DNA from: Octopus bimaculoides
Lineage: Eukaryota
Reading direction: 5' to 3'
DNA: 64,000 bases
Assembly (NCBI RefSeq): GCF_001194135.2
Contig: NC_068981.1
Span: 150,612,721-150,676,720, forward strand
Under the pieces are notes generated by a model. That model saw nothing but the letters and a program-made list of their open reading frames with translations, did no database searches and was not told the DNA's origin. The position numbers and the translations under genes were made by a program. Positions 50,950 through 64,000 of this stretch are shown piece after piece (position 1 is the first letter of the stretch; each line of letters begins with the position of its first letter).

Positions 50950-51290
50950 TCATCATCATTTAGCAACTGTTTTCCATGCTAGCAGCGGGTAAGACAGAGA
51001 GCTGCACCAGGATCCAGTCTGTTTTGGCTTGGTTTCTATGGCTGGATGTCCTTCCTAATGCCAACTACTCCACAGAATGTACCGGGTTGTCTTCTACATG
51101 TCACTAGCATGAGTGCCTTTTACATGTCACAGGCACTGACCATGAACACGATTTCACTTAGTTTGGTGTGTCTACTCAAGCACAACGAATCACCAGAAGT
51201 CTCAGCCACTTGTCATCATGTCCATGAGACTCAACATCTAAAGATCACATTTTGCCACTTCATCCCGTGTCTTCCTGGGTCTATCAAGCT
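50950..51290 (-). mobile_element. RTE 3' tail, older copy
   Basis: Same tail motifs; further fragments near 51860-52200 and 56680-56785. Confidence 0.65.
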
Positions 51291-51795
51291 ACAGTAATTA
51301 AAATATATAACCAGGGATACTTTACAGCTCCTTTAAACAGCAATGATTTAGCATTAATTTATAAGCAAAAGGCACAAAATATCTGGAGTCAATCAATAAG
51401 GGCTGGGATCAAAGTCCATTATACAATTCTCTAACTGAGTTATTGGTAATTGTCAGCAAAGCCACAGCTAGTCAAGTAGTTCCTATCCTGCACACTATCA
51501 TTCACACTGTACTGTGTACATGGCCAAGACAGTTGACCCTCACTAACTGAGTCCAACAAACTGTAAGCAGACATGATGAAGATGTAAAACCAATCATGGG
51601 AAGCAATCAGAATGACATTAACTTTGTAACACTGCAATACAATCCTACAGTACAGTACATACAGTACACTAGTGGATGGGTTAAAGATATCACTCAGCCT
51701 TTTAAGACTCAAAGACAATATAAGGTCGAACTTCAGTCAATCATGACACATCTCAATAATGATGTTGGTTCAAAAATAAATAATAATGATTTATA

Positions 51796-51837
<42 letters not shown>

Positions 51838-51972
51838 CATACAGACACATACATACACACATCATCATCAACATTTAACATCCGCTTTCTATGCTGGTTT
51901 GGGTTGGACAGCTGTTGTGGCATGGTTTCTATGTTTGGATGCCCTTCCTAACACCAACCACTTTACAGTGCG

Positions 51973-52012
<40 letters not shown>

Positions 52013-53042
52013 ATCATCATTTTCATTTGGTGTCTGTTTTCCCTACTGACAAGGGTTAGATGGTTAAAAAGGAGCTGGTAAACCAGAGAACTGCACCAAG
52101 CTCTGTCTACTTTGGGAAGGTTTCTATGGTTGGGTGCCCTTCCTAATGGCAACCACTTTACAATATGTATTGGGTGTTTTTTTTACATGATACCAGCACC
52201 TGTGGGGTCACCAAGTAAGTTATAAGACAAAGACCACTCTTTGTAAACATACACACATCATTATTATTCTAGTTGTTTTGTGCAGTAATTAAATAATCAG
52301 ATTATTCAGTGTTTCAGAAAGTCCATCTGCTGTTGGCCAACATGCTACTCTAATTTCACCAAGCTCCGGTTCTGCACACAAAACCCAAAGGAATTTATCT
52401 GACACATCAAGTGATATATGTAGCTTCTCACCACACAGTGGAATAACTATTCTTGTTTGCTAATAAACTTGCACAAAACATTGATATACAGATTATCAAC
52501 CAGGAAATTTTCAATCAATGAGAGAACATAGTTGCACAGATGTGTTGGAAAGGCACTGGATATTTAGGATTAAAAGTTCAAATTTCCATCTCTTGATAAT
52601 ACATTGGGAGATAATACCAGCTTCAAAGTAAGCTACATAGTTACTACAAAGTAATTTATAAATTTTGTTGGGATACAATGCAAATCTCTTCCATGCATTT
52701 ATCCATTGCCCAGTAATCACCTGCCTATGAGCTAACATTGAACAATCCCCGTGCCTTCTTGTAGATAAGCATATCCAATAAGACCAGTAGTCAAGTCACA
52801 GGTGATTCCAGGTGCATTTAGGAAGCTTAATTCGTCGTAGAGACTGGGTGACATAGTTGTAGTAAAAGTAGTGGTTACAAAATGTAGAAGAGGTCAGGTT
52901 GTTGACCTAATTCATTACAAGGATTATAACACACAGATTACATTTGCAATCATGGCAAAAACGTTTTAATAACTATGTAGGAAAAGGAAGGTGGGATGGA
53001 TAAAGGGGAGAGGTTAAGCTTCAATAAAACTTGCTTCAACTT

Positions 53043-53076
<34 letters not shown>

Positions 53077-53565
53077 CTTTGGAGAATTTTATGAAATGTG
53101 ACATTGTCAAGTATGGGGTGGGTGAATAATTTGACTTCCAATCTACAATATATGTAGTGTAAATTGAATGGGTGGGGAGTGAGCTTATGTTTTGATCTGT
53201 CTTAAAGTTTGTCAAGGTTCCAGAGTTCTCAGACCTTTTTCAATGCCTGCATGTTTTTGTTTATTTTTCTTTTTTTATATATATTCTATTAAGTTGCACA
53301 CCCTTATACATAATTTATATTTTATAAATTTAAATTTTAAATATTCACTATCAGCAATTAATTTTGTATTTGTTTGTTCATTTGGAATTGTGAGAACAAA
53401 GATTATTATTATTATTATTATTATCGTTGTTGTTGTTATTATTATTATAATTTATTAAGGTTTGCTCTACAGTCAGGTTAGTTTTGTTTCAAATTTTCAA
53501 CTGATAAGTGTCAAAAATAGAATATCTTAAAGTAGATTAAAGTGATTTTTTAAAGATTTTGTTCC

Positions 53566-53604
<39 letters not shown>

Positions 53605-53728
53605 CATTATTATTATTATTATTATTATTGTTGTTATAATTTTTATTTCCTAAAATTTCTTCTGCTAAAAAAAAAAAAGAAGAAGCTGTTGGGTGAATAG
53701 AGAAACTCAGTTTCCGATAACAAAGTAC

Positions 53729-53909
53729 CTGAATGACACTCGTCAACTGTCCCAGTTTCATTTTGAGCAATGCAATTTCATCCATAACTTGTGAGAATGT
53801 ATCAGCATCAATGAGCACTACCTCTTTGCCATCAACAACAAATGATGTCACCTCAGAGTTAGCAGGCAGACACAGAAGTGATCCAGCTGTGCTTGAACTG
53901 TCACCTTCC
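53729..53909 (-). CDS. Internal coding exon (181 nt, phase 2 to phase 0) of an unidentified gene; ends in a probable coiled coil
   Basis: Acceptor catttctgtttacag|G, donor CAG|gtactt, open frame EGDSSSTAGSLLCLPANSEVTSFVVDGKEVVLIDADTFSQVMDEIALLKMKLGQLTSVIQ, non-repetitive, GC above flanks. Confidence 0.8.
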
Positions 53910-54727
53910 CTGTAAACAGAAATGCAACAATTGTTAGAGTTAACAGCCAATAATACAAGACAATAAAAGACAATTTTACATCTAAAATCCAAAGTAACAT
54001 ATCATTTCCATATTGATTTCAACTATTATCACGTCTCTTTTATGCTTTTAATTTCTATATGAATCATAAGCCAACAATGCAGTCTCCTAACTTACTAGAT
54101 GAAGCAACCAAATTTCCCTCAAAGCACACAAAAAGGCTGACTGGCCATAGCTGATGTCTTTAACCACAAGTAGACTGATTTGATCAGACATGACATGAGG
54201 ATAAACAACAACTACAGCAGCCAATGTTTGGAGTTAAAAAGAGAAGTTTTTATGACCTAATTTGTCTAGTTCTAAGTTAATATTATTCGAGGGGCACAAC
54301 TCATCATAGTAAGCCATATAACTGACATACATGTCACATTCACTTTTAATGTATTCATATATATGTGGTAGAATCAAACTGATTTTTTTTTTTTGAGAGA
54401 GAGAGAGAGAGAGAGACCATTCAGCAGTTTAACCCTTTAAATAACAACCCACCTGAGAACACCCCTGGTTCTATGATACAAGATTCTTTTAAAGTGATCC
54501 AAGTACAAAACTTCCATCAAAATTTCATGTTGATACATATTCCATGTACTAGTGTGATGACAGTTATTTTACTAAATTTTTCATTATTTCCAGTGTTAAT
54601 TAAAACAAAGACAGTGCACTGCCTTGGTAATATGGTACCAAGTAATAAAGATGTTACTGCTGCAAGAATGACGTGAACTTCAGCGCACTTTGTCTGTTAG
54701 ACCAGACACCTCTGTATGAGTTAAACA

Positions 54728-55304
54728 TACGAGGGGAAGTCAAAAATTATCCGCACTTTCACTATAATATATCTTTACTACTGTCACACTGCCTTCTGTG
54801 CATGCATGATTATAGTTGGTACTATTGTGGTGACGTGATCAAAGTTTGAGCCTGATCACGCCATTTTTCTTTCAGGCTTTACAGAGTAAGCATGGCCGCT
54901 CCAATAGCAATGTGCACCAGAGAAGAACAAAGAGCAGTAATGGTGAACCGGTTCGCTATTACTATCTCTCAAGCTTGCTGAATCTTCTGGCGTCCTGCTC
55001 CATCTTCTTGCATCATGCTTGTCCAGCCACTCTTAAACTTCTCGATCCACTCATACACACTATTATGTGATAGAGCGCTGTCCCAGTATTGTGCCAAAAG
55101 CCTCCGATTAATTTTTAGCACTTGACACACCTTTCGATCAAAGAAATCGGATCACTACTCTTTGTTCTTTGGTGCACATTACAATGTAAGCATGGCTGCT
55201 TCACTAGCAAAGCCAGAAAGAAAAATGGCACAATCAGTTTCAAACTTCGATCATGTGATCACAATAGTACCAACTATAAGCATGCATACACAGAACACCT
55301 CATA
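54728..55304. mobile_element. Fold-back mariner derivative made of two inverted 5' ends
   Basis: TA-CGAGGGG at the left end and CACCTCA-TA at the right; the left arm reads MAAPIAMCTREEQRAV, the right arm (minus) reads EQRVVIRFL*SKGVSSAKINRRLLAQYWDSALSHNSVYEWIEKFKSG (mariner HTH). Confidence 0.85.
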
Positions 55305-55337
55305 TGGTATTGACAAAAGTTTTTTAAATTAGGATTA

Positions 55338-55536
55338 TTAACCTTTTAGCATTCACATTATTTTGTCATAGGCAATGCTTATTGATTGACATTCTTTTGA
55401 ATTAACGATTCATTATTTTGCGGCTTTGAGATTTTGATGAGTTAACTCAATGTTTAGAACAATATTGACCAGTTTCAACATAGAACAAGTAGAATATTTT
55501 GGTTGGATATGGCCAGTTTAAATGCTAAAGGATTAA
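55338..55536. mobile_element. piggyBac-type MITE
   Basis: TTAA-CCTTTTAGCATT ... AATGCTAAAGGA-TTAA. Confidence 0.75.
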
Positions 55537-55642
55537 GAGTAATACACTAAAACCACTTGTCAATTCTCTACAAGAATGGTAAGGAATACATAATGCCTTA
55601 TTCAACACACACAACAGTAATATTGTCAGTAACAGTGGTACA

Positions 55643-55940
55643 TTAACTTGTTAACTGCCATGGCCTGTTACTGGAACTTATCAGTGATGCCACATATTTC
55701 ATGCGATTATACTACATACTGTTTAATTACAATGAAATATAATTATTTTGTATTTTCATAATATTTCATAATTAAACTCTAATATTTAGCACTCATACTA
55801 TTTAAATATCATTGAAGCCAAGTCAATACAAAATAAAATATTTTCTAAAATTATGAAAATGTACCACTGGTGGTGCATATGGTGGTTGTGTGAAGCTTGT
55901 GATGAACTAACAGTGGTACATGTGGCAGTTAACATGTTAT
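55643..55940. mobile_element. MITE with 17-nt TIRs and TTAA-like ends
   Basis: TAACTTGTTAACTGCCA / TGGCAGTTAACATGTTA (16/17 complementary). Confidence 0.6.
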
Positions 55941-57275
55941 GTAATAATACTTTTACTGATAGTCCTATGCCTTATCTAATCAGGGACTCTAGAGCTTTTC
56001 AGTAACTGTAGCAGGATGAAAAGAGATTAAGCATCCCACTTGTCTTCAAATATGTGCACTGATTGTGAGCAAACATCACCGTTTATACAAATAGTGTCAT
56101 TTATTTCTATTCCTTAGACTAAGAAAAATATTACCTTGCTTGAAAATATGTGAGGATTGGTGAAACGGAAAAACATCTGACTGTAGCAAAATAGGACTCA
56201 GCAACAGTTTTCTTGGACACATACAAGTCAGAAAAAGTTTATGATGATGATGGTGAAGAGAAGTGATGATGATAATGATGATTATGATGATGATGATGCA
56301 TAAATAAGAATTCAATGCATCTATGATAAACTTGTAAGCGGTACTTCAACAAAAACAAAATTCATAATTTCTCCCCTTTTTCAAATCCCAACACAAGACT
56401 ACTTAAGTTCCAGTCTTGAGCTTAAAACTTGCACTTTAGATAGATAACACAACAACATCTAGGCACAAATAGGGTATAACTACATAATATGAGTTAATAT
56501 GAAATACACCAAAGTTATAAACATTTAAATCATCAAATCTAACAATCACTATGCACTGCATCATGCCAGAACACACAACACACTTCCAAACACTATGTGA
56601 GCCAACATACACACAGATATACATGCATATATTTATGCATAAAAACATACATACATACATATATACATCATCATCATCATCATCATTTAACGTCCGCTTT
56701 CCATGCTGACATAGGTTGGACAGTTTGACTGAGGACTGGCAAGCCAGGAGGCTGCACCAGGCTCCAATCTGATCTGGCAAGGTTTCACATATATCATATA
56801 TACATACATGTAGGTTCACACATTTCTACTTATATAAATATGCATACTGATATACATACATGAACGTGCACACACACATACACACACACACACACATAGA
56901 TAATTTGGACAAATACGTATAATTCGATTAGTGTATTTAAATGTTGAGTAGAGCACCAGCACAGTTTAGGCTACCTATTGTCATCTGCAATTGTGGTACA
57001 CTTCCGTTGGATCTAGTTCAGGAACTACGCAGTAGCAGTTAGGGTAATAGCATTAATTAATAGTAAGAGATGGATTTCATATTAGACTTTTATCAAAAGT
57101 CTAATACGAAATCCATCGCCTACCATTAATTAATAATATATATATATATATATATATATAAACACACACACATACACACACACACAAAACAGGCATGTAT
57201 ATATATAGACACATATGTACATGGCATGATTTCATGCAAATTGCATTACAAATGACCAATATTTAGTACGCATAC

Positions 57276-57325
57276 TCCTGTTTATTTGCTGTCCTCATCT
57301 CATTTGGTGTGAATCCACAGTTTGG
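57276..57325 (-). CDS. Candidate 50-nt exon (PNCGFTPNEMRTANKQ, phase 0 to phase 2)
   Basis: Long pyrimidine tract ending ctttgtcttag, donor GGA|gtatgc; the only open frame ends in phase 2, matching the exon at 53909 (GA+G = Glu). Confidence 0.45.
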
Positions 57326-57729
57326 CTAAGACAAAGAGTACAAGTCAAAAACAAAACAAAACAGGAGAAACTGTTTATAAGATTGTTTATAAGTTTACAC
57401 TATCTTATATATATTTCATCAGCATCAAATAATATAAACTACATAATCAAAACATACTGTCATTTGAAAGATGGTTGCTATCCTGCAATCTTATAAATAA
57501 AGGTTACACATCTTTGAAGATTTGACAGTACATTTTTATTATATAATTTACATCATTATATAATTTATAATTCTTTGTTAGTGAAACACATGTAAGAAGG
57601 TGCAACTAAATATATTATAAACGATCTTAATTGTTATGTTCTGTTTAATATATATATATATATATATTCTTTTATTCTTGTACTCATTTCAGCTATGTGT
57701 TTGCGGTCATGCTGGAGCACCACCATGAA

Positions 57730-58115
57730 GACACACACACTATGTGGTAGAAAGTTTGCTTTCAGACATGGTTCTAGGTTCAATCTCAGTGAGTGTCACC
57801 TTGGGCAAATGACTTCTACTCTAGTTACAAAGCCTTGTGAGTAGATTTGGAAGATGGAAACTGAACAATGCCCATCATGTATACGTATGTGTGTATAAAT
57901 ATATATGTGTGTGTCTTTGTATTTGTCCCAGCATTGCTTGACAACCAGTGTTGGTTTGTTCATATCCCTGTAACTTTGCAATTCAGCAAGAGTTTAACAG
58001 AATAAGTACCAGGTTTAAATAAGAAATACTGGGGTTGATTCATTCGACTAAAACTCTTGAAGGTGTTGCCCCAATATGGCCACAAACTAATGACAAACAA
58101 GTTAAGAGATTAAAG
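57730..58115 (+). mobile_element. SINE family A, older copy
   Basis: Colinear with 14974-15390. Confidence 0.7.
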
Positions 58116-58256
58116 AAAAATAAATATATAAATATATATGTATGAATGTATGTATGTATGTATGCATGTATATATGCATTGAAGAGCTAATGATAGATTC
58201 TTCTAGTGTAAAAAGAATCTATCATGCAGTGGAAAGGGAATGATTAAAGTGTGTGT

Positions 58257-58297
<41 letters not shown>

Positions 58298-59049
58298 ATT
58301 CAAATGAAAAAAACAGGCATATGCACAATACACACATGTGAACACTGATGGTGCACAAATACATACTGTGTATGTATATTTGAGAGTGGGGTACATGTAT
58401 ATGTATACATGTGATTAGCACTTGTATGTGTATGTGTATGTGTATATGTGCCAGTAAGAGTTGTTTGAATTTCTCTCACTCTCTCTCTCTCTCTCACTGT
58501 TTACCGAACAATTTTCTATATGCATCTTCACGCAAATTGTCAAAGATTGAATATCTAGCTATGTATTTTATTATCTATATCTTAATAACTGCATTTTATA
58601 ACTTTCTTCATAACATGTGTACACCAGCATGTCCCAGATAGTTTCCCCAACTATCATAAATGCTGAAGGTGCATTCACAGAATAATTTTATAAGAAAGCA
58701 GAAGAGCATAAATTTTTATTAAAATATATTTGGTTTCTGCTATATATATATGTAGGAGAATTCACGAAAAAACAACAGACACATATATATGTGTGTGTGT
58801 GTGTATAAATACATACATGTATATACACACAAACACACATATATATATATATACACATACATATTTATATCCATATACACACACGTTTATATACATACAT
58901 ATACACGTTTATATACATATACACACACGTTTATATACATATATATACATGTTTATATACATATACGTATTATATTTATACACACACATACATATTTATA
59001 TGCACATACACACACATATGCATACATTTATATACACACACACTTGTGT

Positions 59050-59086
<37 letters not shown>

Positions 59087-59572
59087 TCTGTGTGTTTGTC
59101 TGTGTGTGTGTATTTATTATACATATATTTACAAACAAATAATTCTTTATAGAATATTCACTTTCCAATAATCAAAGGTGAGAGCTACTATATGAATTTC
59201 AATTTTTTGCAATGTTTATAATTAATTTCTTTTGTTTTGATCAGGCTCCATCATTGGATTTTCATATTTTTCTTTCATCTCCACAAATATCAAAAAAGGA
59301 TATTTTTCAAGAAATAGAGCATAGAGTGAGCAAAATAAAGAGAGCAAGAGAGAGAGAGAGAGGCGGGGTTGCAGGCGAAATATATTCTAAAGCATGATTA
59401 TTAAAAGATTTGAATATAAACATGTTTACTTAATGAAATGAGATGTTGAAGTAACCAACACATCATCTCCCCTTCTCACACTCTCTCTTTCTCCCATCCT
59501 CTCTTATTCTTCCCTACTTACTGTACCATTATTATTATTATTAATAGTAGTAGTAGTTGCAACATTATTTAG

Positions 59573-59790
59573 ACGGTGGGCTGGTAGAATCGTTAGCATG
59601 TTGGACAAAATATTTAGCAGTATTTCGCCTGATGCTATATTCTGAGTTCAAAATCTGCCAAGGTCGACTTTACCTTTCATCCTTTCGGGGTCAACACATT
59701 GGGGGGTCACTGTAGTTGACTCATCCCCACCTTTCCCAGGCTGCCCTTGCGGCAAAATTTTGAAATAATAATAATATTAATAATAATGAT

Positions 59791-59828
<38 letters not shown>

Positions 59829-60321
59829 AGGTGGTGAGCTTGTAGAATTGTTAGCATGCTGGACGAAATACTTAGCAATATTTTGCCCATTGTTACATTC
59901 TGAGTTCAAATTCCACCAAAGCCAACTTTACATTTCATCCTTTCAGGATTGATAAACTAAGCACCAGTTGTGTATTGGGGGTCGATGCAATCAGCTATCG
60001 CCACCCCCAAATTTCAGGCTTTGTCCCTATAGTAGAAAGGATTAGAATTATTATTAAGGCCCATATATATATAATTATATTTATATATGATGCCCATATA
60101 TAAATAATTATTATTAAGCCGGCAGAATCATTAGTATGCCAGGCAAAATGCTTAGAGGTATCTCGCCCATCACTATGTTCTGAATTCAAATTCCACCAAG
60201 GTTGACTTTGCCTTTCATCCTTTCAGGGTCAATAAATTAAGTACCAGTTGCGTACTGGGATCAATCTAATTGACTTGACCCCTCCGCCAAAATTTCAGGC
60301 CTTGTACCTATAGTAGAAAGG

Positions 60322-60365
<44 letters not shown>

Positions 60366-60770
60366 GGCAGCAAGCTGGCAGAATTGTTAGTGCACCAGAC
60401 AAAATGCTTTAGCAGCATTTCTTTCAGCTCTTTAGCCTCAAGGTTTAAATACCACTGAGGTCATCTTTACCTTTCCACTTTTTGGGGTTGATAAAATAAA
60501 GTACCAATTGAGTACAGGGGTTGGTGTAATTAACTGAAACCCTCCCTCTAAAATTACTGGCCTTGAGCCAAAATTGGAAGCTATTAATATTATTGTCATT
60601 ATGATGGTGAGCTGGTAGAACTTTTAGCATGCTGGGCAAAATGCTTAGTGACATTTCGTTTGTTTCTACGTTCAGGATCAATAAAATAAGTATCAGTCAA
60701 GTATAGGGGTCAATGTAATCAACTAACACTTCCCCACAAAATTTCGGGTCTTGTGCCTAAAGGAGAATAT
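59573..60770 (+). mobile_element. Head-to-tail cluster of five SINE family B copies separated by ATT/TAG microsatellites
   Basis: Family B head motif restarts near 59573, 59830, 60118, 60366 and 60606. Confidence 0.8.
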
Positions 60771-61580
60771 TATTATTATTATTATTATTGTTGTTGTTGT
60801 TGCTGTTGTTGTTGTTGTTGTTGTTCGCCTTAATTCATAGAAGCTGCACCCAAGTCTCAAACAGAGAGGTCAAGGCACAATGGTTTTGCATCTACAGATG
60901 CTAACAAGTGAGGTGCAATGCAATAGAGAAAACTGATGCTCGTATATAAAAAAGTCTTCCCGATTATTCACCCAGCCACCCTTATATATTGTACAGAAGC
61001 CACACATCATCTTTATAGAAAGATACATGTGCCTATCCCTCCATCATACTCTACCCTCTCGACACATACCATAAAGCTGCCTCTCTCTCTCTCTCTCTCT
61101 CTCCACAACTACAACCTCATTCAGTTGAGTAAGATTTTTCTTTGTCTTGCAAATTACTTGAAGACCTCAGAAGTAGTGGTGCCCTGAAAATAGCACCCAG
61201 TACACTCTGCAAAGTCACTGACATCCAATCTGTAGAAGCCATGACAAAACAGACACTGAAGTTCAATGTAGCCCTTTGGCTAGTTGGATCCGGTCAAGCC
61301 ATCCAACCCATGCCATCAGAGAAGACAGACATTAAATGATAATATATATATATTTATTTTGTGAGTCAAGTTTCACATTACTGTAGTTTTTGAGCAGGAA
61401 TCATATACTCTACACATATTGAACTCTCACTCGACAACAAAATTCAATGACTGTGTGTGTGTATGTGTGTGTGTTTCTCCACCATTTGACAACCAGTGTT
61501 GATGTTTGATTAACACTACAAAGCAATGCTATGGCATAATTGCAGTCCAATGATAGAACAAGTATGAGCATGTGTCCATG

Positions 61581-61585
<5 letters not shown>

Positions 61586-61650
<65 letters not shown>
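61586..61650. repeat. Long (CA)n microsatellite (one of dozens in the window)
   Basis: Read directly from the sequence. Confidence 0.95.
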
Positions 61651-61653
<3 letters not shown>

Positions 61654-63159
61654 GCAAATGCATATGTGTAAATATAAATGTATATACATGTATGTGTGTG
61701 GATGCATAGACTGTGAACATGTCTATGTTCAAATCTGTTCATTTTTATTAAATATTTTTCATATTATTAATTAGACCTTTACATTCAGTTTGGAACACTA
61801 TCATTCCTAAATCCATTAGTCCATTAATGTATCAAAGGTATTTCAACACCCTTGGAATGAAATGATTGTTGAACAGTATGTTTTCACACACTTTGCTTTG
61901 GATCACAAAAAATGGGGAAAGTGTTGGTGATTTTTGTTGTTTTTGACGAGCATTTAAAAATTATTCAACAGTTAAGTCTGATAGTTTTTGGGGGTTTTTT
62001 TAATTTTTTTTTTTGTTAATTTCATTTGTGATTTACCTGTGTGATTATGTTGTTTTTTAGGTTTTATTTTCTGTTGAATATTCTCAATATTTGTGTAATC
62101 CTGTATAGAACTTTACTGATGATGATGTTCCTAACTATTGTATTTTTATCAAGTTGTTTACCATGCATTTCATTGTAGCATGTTACAATGGCTCTGTTTA
62201 AACGCAGTCATTCAAGTAGTGTTGAATTTAGCAGTTTGATTCATGAAGTTTACAATTTTCATGTTTGGAACTGTAAATTTCCTAAGTATTGTCAAAGTAT
62301 TTTCTAGAATTCATTGGTTTGTAATTTTGAATTAATGAGATTTTCCATGATATGTGCCAAGTAAAAAGCATTGTTGTAAGTGCTGGTGCCACGTAAAAAG
62401 CACTGGTGATGATGTCACATAAAAAGCACTCAGTACACTCTGTAAAGTGGTTAATGTTAGGATGGGCATCCAATTATAGAAATCAAGCCAAAACAGACTA
62501 TGAAACTTGGTGTGGCTCCTGGAGCTGTCCAATCCACACCAGCATGGAAAATGGATGGTAATAGATGATGATAATATTCTAATGGTGGGTTTGTGGTTAG
62601 AAGTGATACATATGTCCACTTGACCTGTTTCATCAGTCATGTCAGTAACAAAAACATTATAAAAAATGATAACAAAAAGTTTAGCGACTTATTTACAGGT
62701 AAAGAGTAACAAGTACTGCCATACTTGCAATAAGTAAAATTTGGTGAATCGAGAGTAAGCTTTAAGTAGCTCAGCATGAACTAAATAACACCCTCTATAT
62801 TGTAATCCAACAAGTGAAACAACAACAATCCTTGGACATTACTGTATCATGTCCTAACACGGCTGCTCAATTTGCACAGTATGAAAGTGATTAGGATCAC
62901 AAAATCCCCTTCAATGGGGCACCAGTCTGTCATTGGCCACTTATCTGAAGCTAAGTGACTAGAGCAACATGAATTGAAGTGTTTTGTTCAATAACACAAT
63001 GCACCCATTGGACCAGGAATTGAAACCACAATCTTGCAATGAGTGCAACACTCTAATCACTAGATCACATGCTTTCACTAAAACAAAATTATTACATTGC
63101 AAAATATATAGCAGACTACAAGACAGTCCAAAATATTTTTTAAATTACAACAATACACC

Positions 63160-63372
63160 ATTTCGAGCGTGGCTGTCGCCAGTACCCGCCTGACTGGCTC
63201 TCATGCCGGTGGCACGTGAAAGCACCCACTATACTCTCGGAGTGGTTGGCGTTAGGAAGGGCACCCAGCTGTAGAAACTCTGCCAAATCAGATTGGAGCC
63301 TGGTGTCGCCTCCTGGTCCACCAGTCCTCAGTCAATCGTCCAGCCCATGCTAGCATGGAAAGCGGACGATAA

Positions 63373-63400
<28 letters not shown>
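63160..63400 (+). mobile_element. RTE 3' tail with (GAT)n, CpG-rich (young)
   Basis: CGGAGTGGTTGGCGTTAGGAAGGGCACCCAG...CATGGAAAGCGGACG; an older copy lies at about 62380-62570. Confidence 0.8.
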
Positions 63401-63406
<6 letters not shown>

Positions 63407-64000
63407 GTATAAGTGAAAATTAAACTCATTGAATAATCTCATGTTAGCTAGCTATCACTTTATAATATTATTAGAGTACCTTTTTAACACCTTCCAGCTG
63501 AAGAAGCATGTTAAAATCTTTACGTGCATAAATAGTACAATAATCTTGTACTAGATTTATGAAGGTAGCCCTCATATCTGTTTTATACGAAATAATCTTG
63601 ATTTGTTTCAAATCCATTTTATAGCTAGTGTGCATGTGCATACACACACACACACTATCCATATAATATGCACTTGCATTTTGGTGTGAACTGATATTAA
63701 CATAAATGCATTGGTTGCTTGTTAAATTTTGGAAGGCTGTTATTACCATTTCTTCTGAAGATGCCTGCAATCAAAAACTTATAGTTCCTAAAATAACTGT
63801 AGCTCGCTTTCATGGGCTTAAGAATGTCTTATTGATATTGAATATACTTAAGATTTCAGGAGGATTAAACCAAGTGATGTTACCATGCTATCTTGACAAC
63901 AAATTCTTCAGTAAGGAGTTGGTTTACAGTGCTAATATGAAGATTAGCAGACTACACTCAATGCCTTTTTTTTTTTTAGAATTAGTAGAACATACCTTTC

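Noticed and set aside
58730-59152. 140-aa and 117-aa His/Ile/Tyr/Thr-rich ORFs (and many similar ones)
   Set aside because: Translations of (TA)n/(CA)n microsatellite mosaics.
59243-59323. Plus-strand 81-nt open segment between a strong acceptor and gtgagc (similar case at about 63860-63911)
   Set aside because: Very AT-rich and isolated, with no phase-linked neighbours; within chance expectation.

Overview
AT-rich, repeat-dense eukaryotic DNA with two short assembly gaps (N at 16421-16447 and 45885-45950). The SINE families, RTE 3' tails ending in (GAT)n and the dense (CA)n/(TA)n/(ATT)n microsatellites resemble an octopus/coleoid cephalopod genome; this is my recognition, not a database result. 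Nearly all ORFs in the supplied track are microsatellite or transposon artefacts. The window appears to be mostly intron of a large minus-strand gene: one convincing coding exon (53729-53909) plus several short candidate exons, product unidentified. Identifiable transposon remnants: RTE, Tx1/L1 and R4/Dong LINEs, a Penelope-like element, hAT, mariner and piggyBac-type DNA elements, and three tRNA-derived SINE families. The most unusual object is at 8489-9156: a head-to-head pair of short elements, each joining a tRNA-like Pol III head to a minimal Penelope-type hammerhead ribozyme motif. Other items worth checking: a fold-back mariner built from two 5' ends, a pri-miRNA-like hairpin at 43.5 kb, and several long stem-loops that could be ADAR substrates. 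TE boundaries were read by eye and are approximate.
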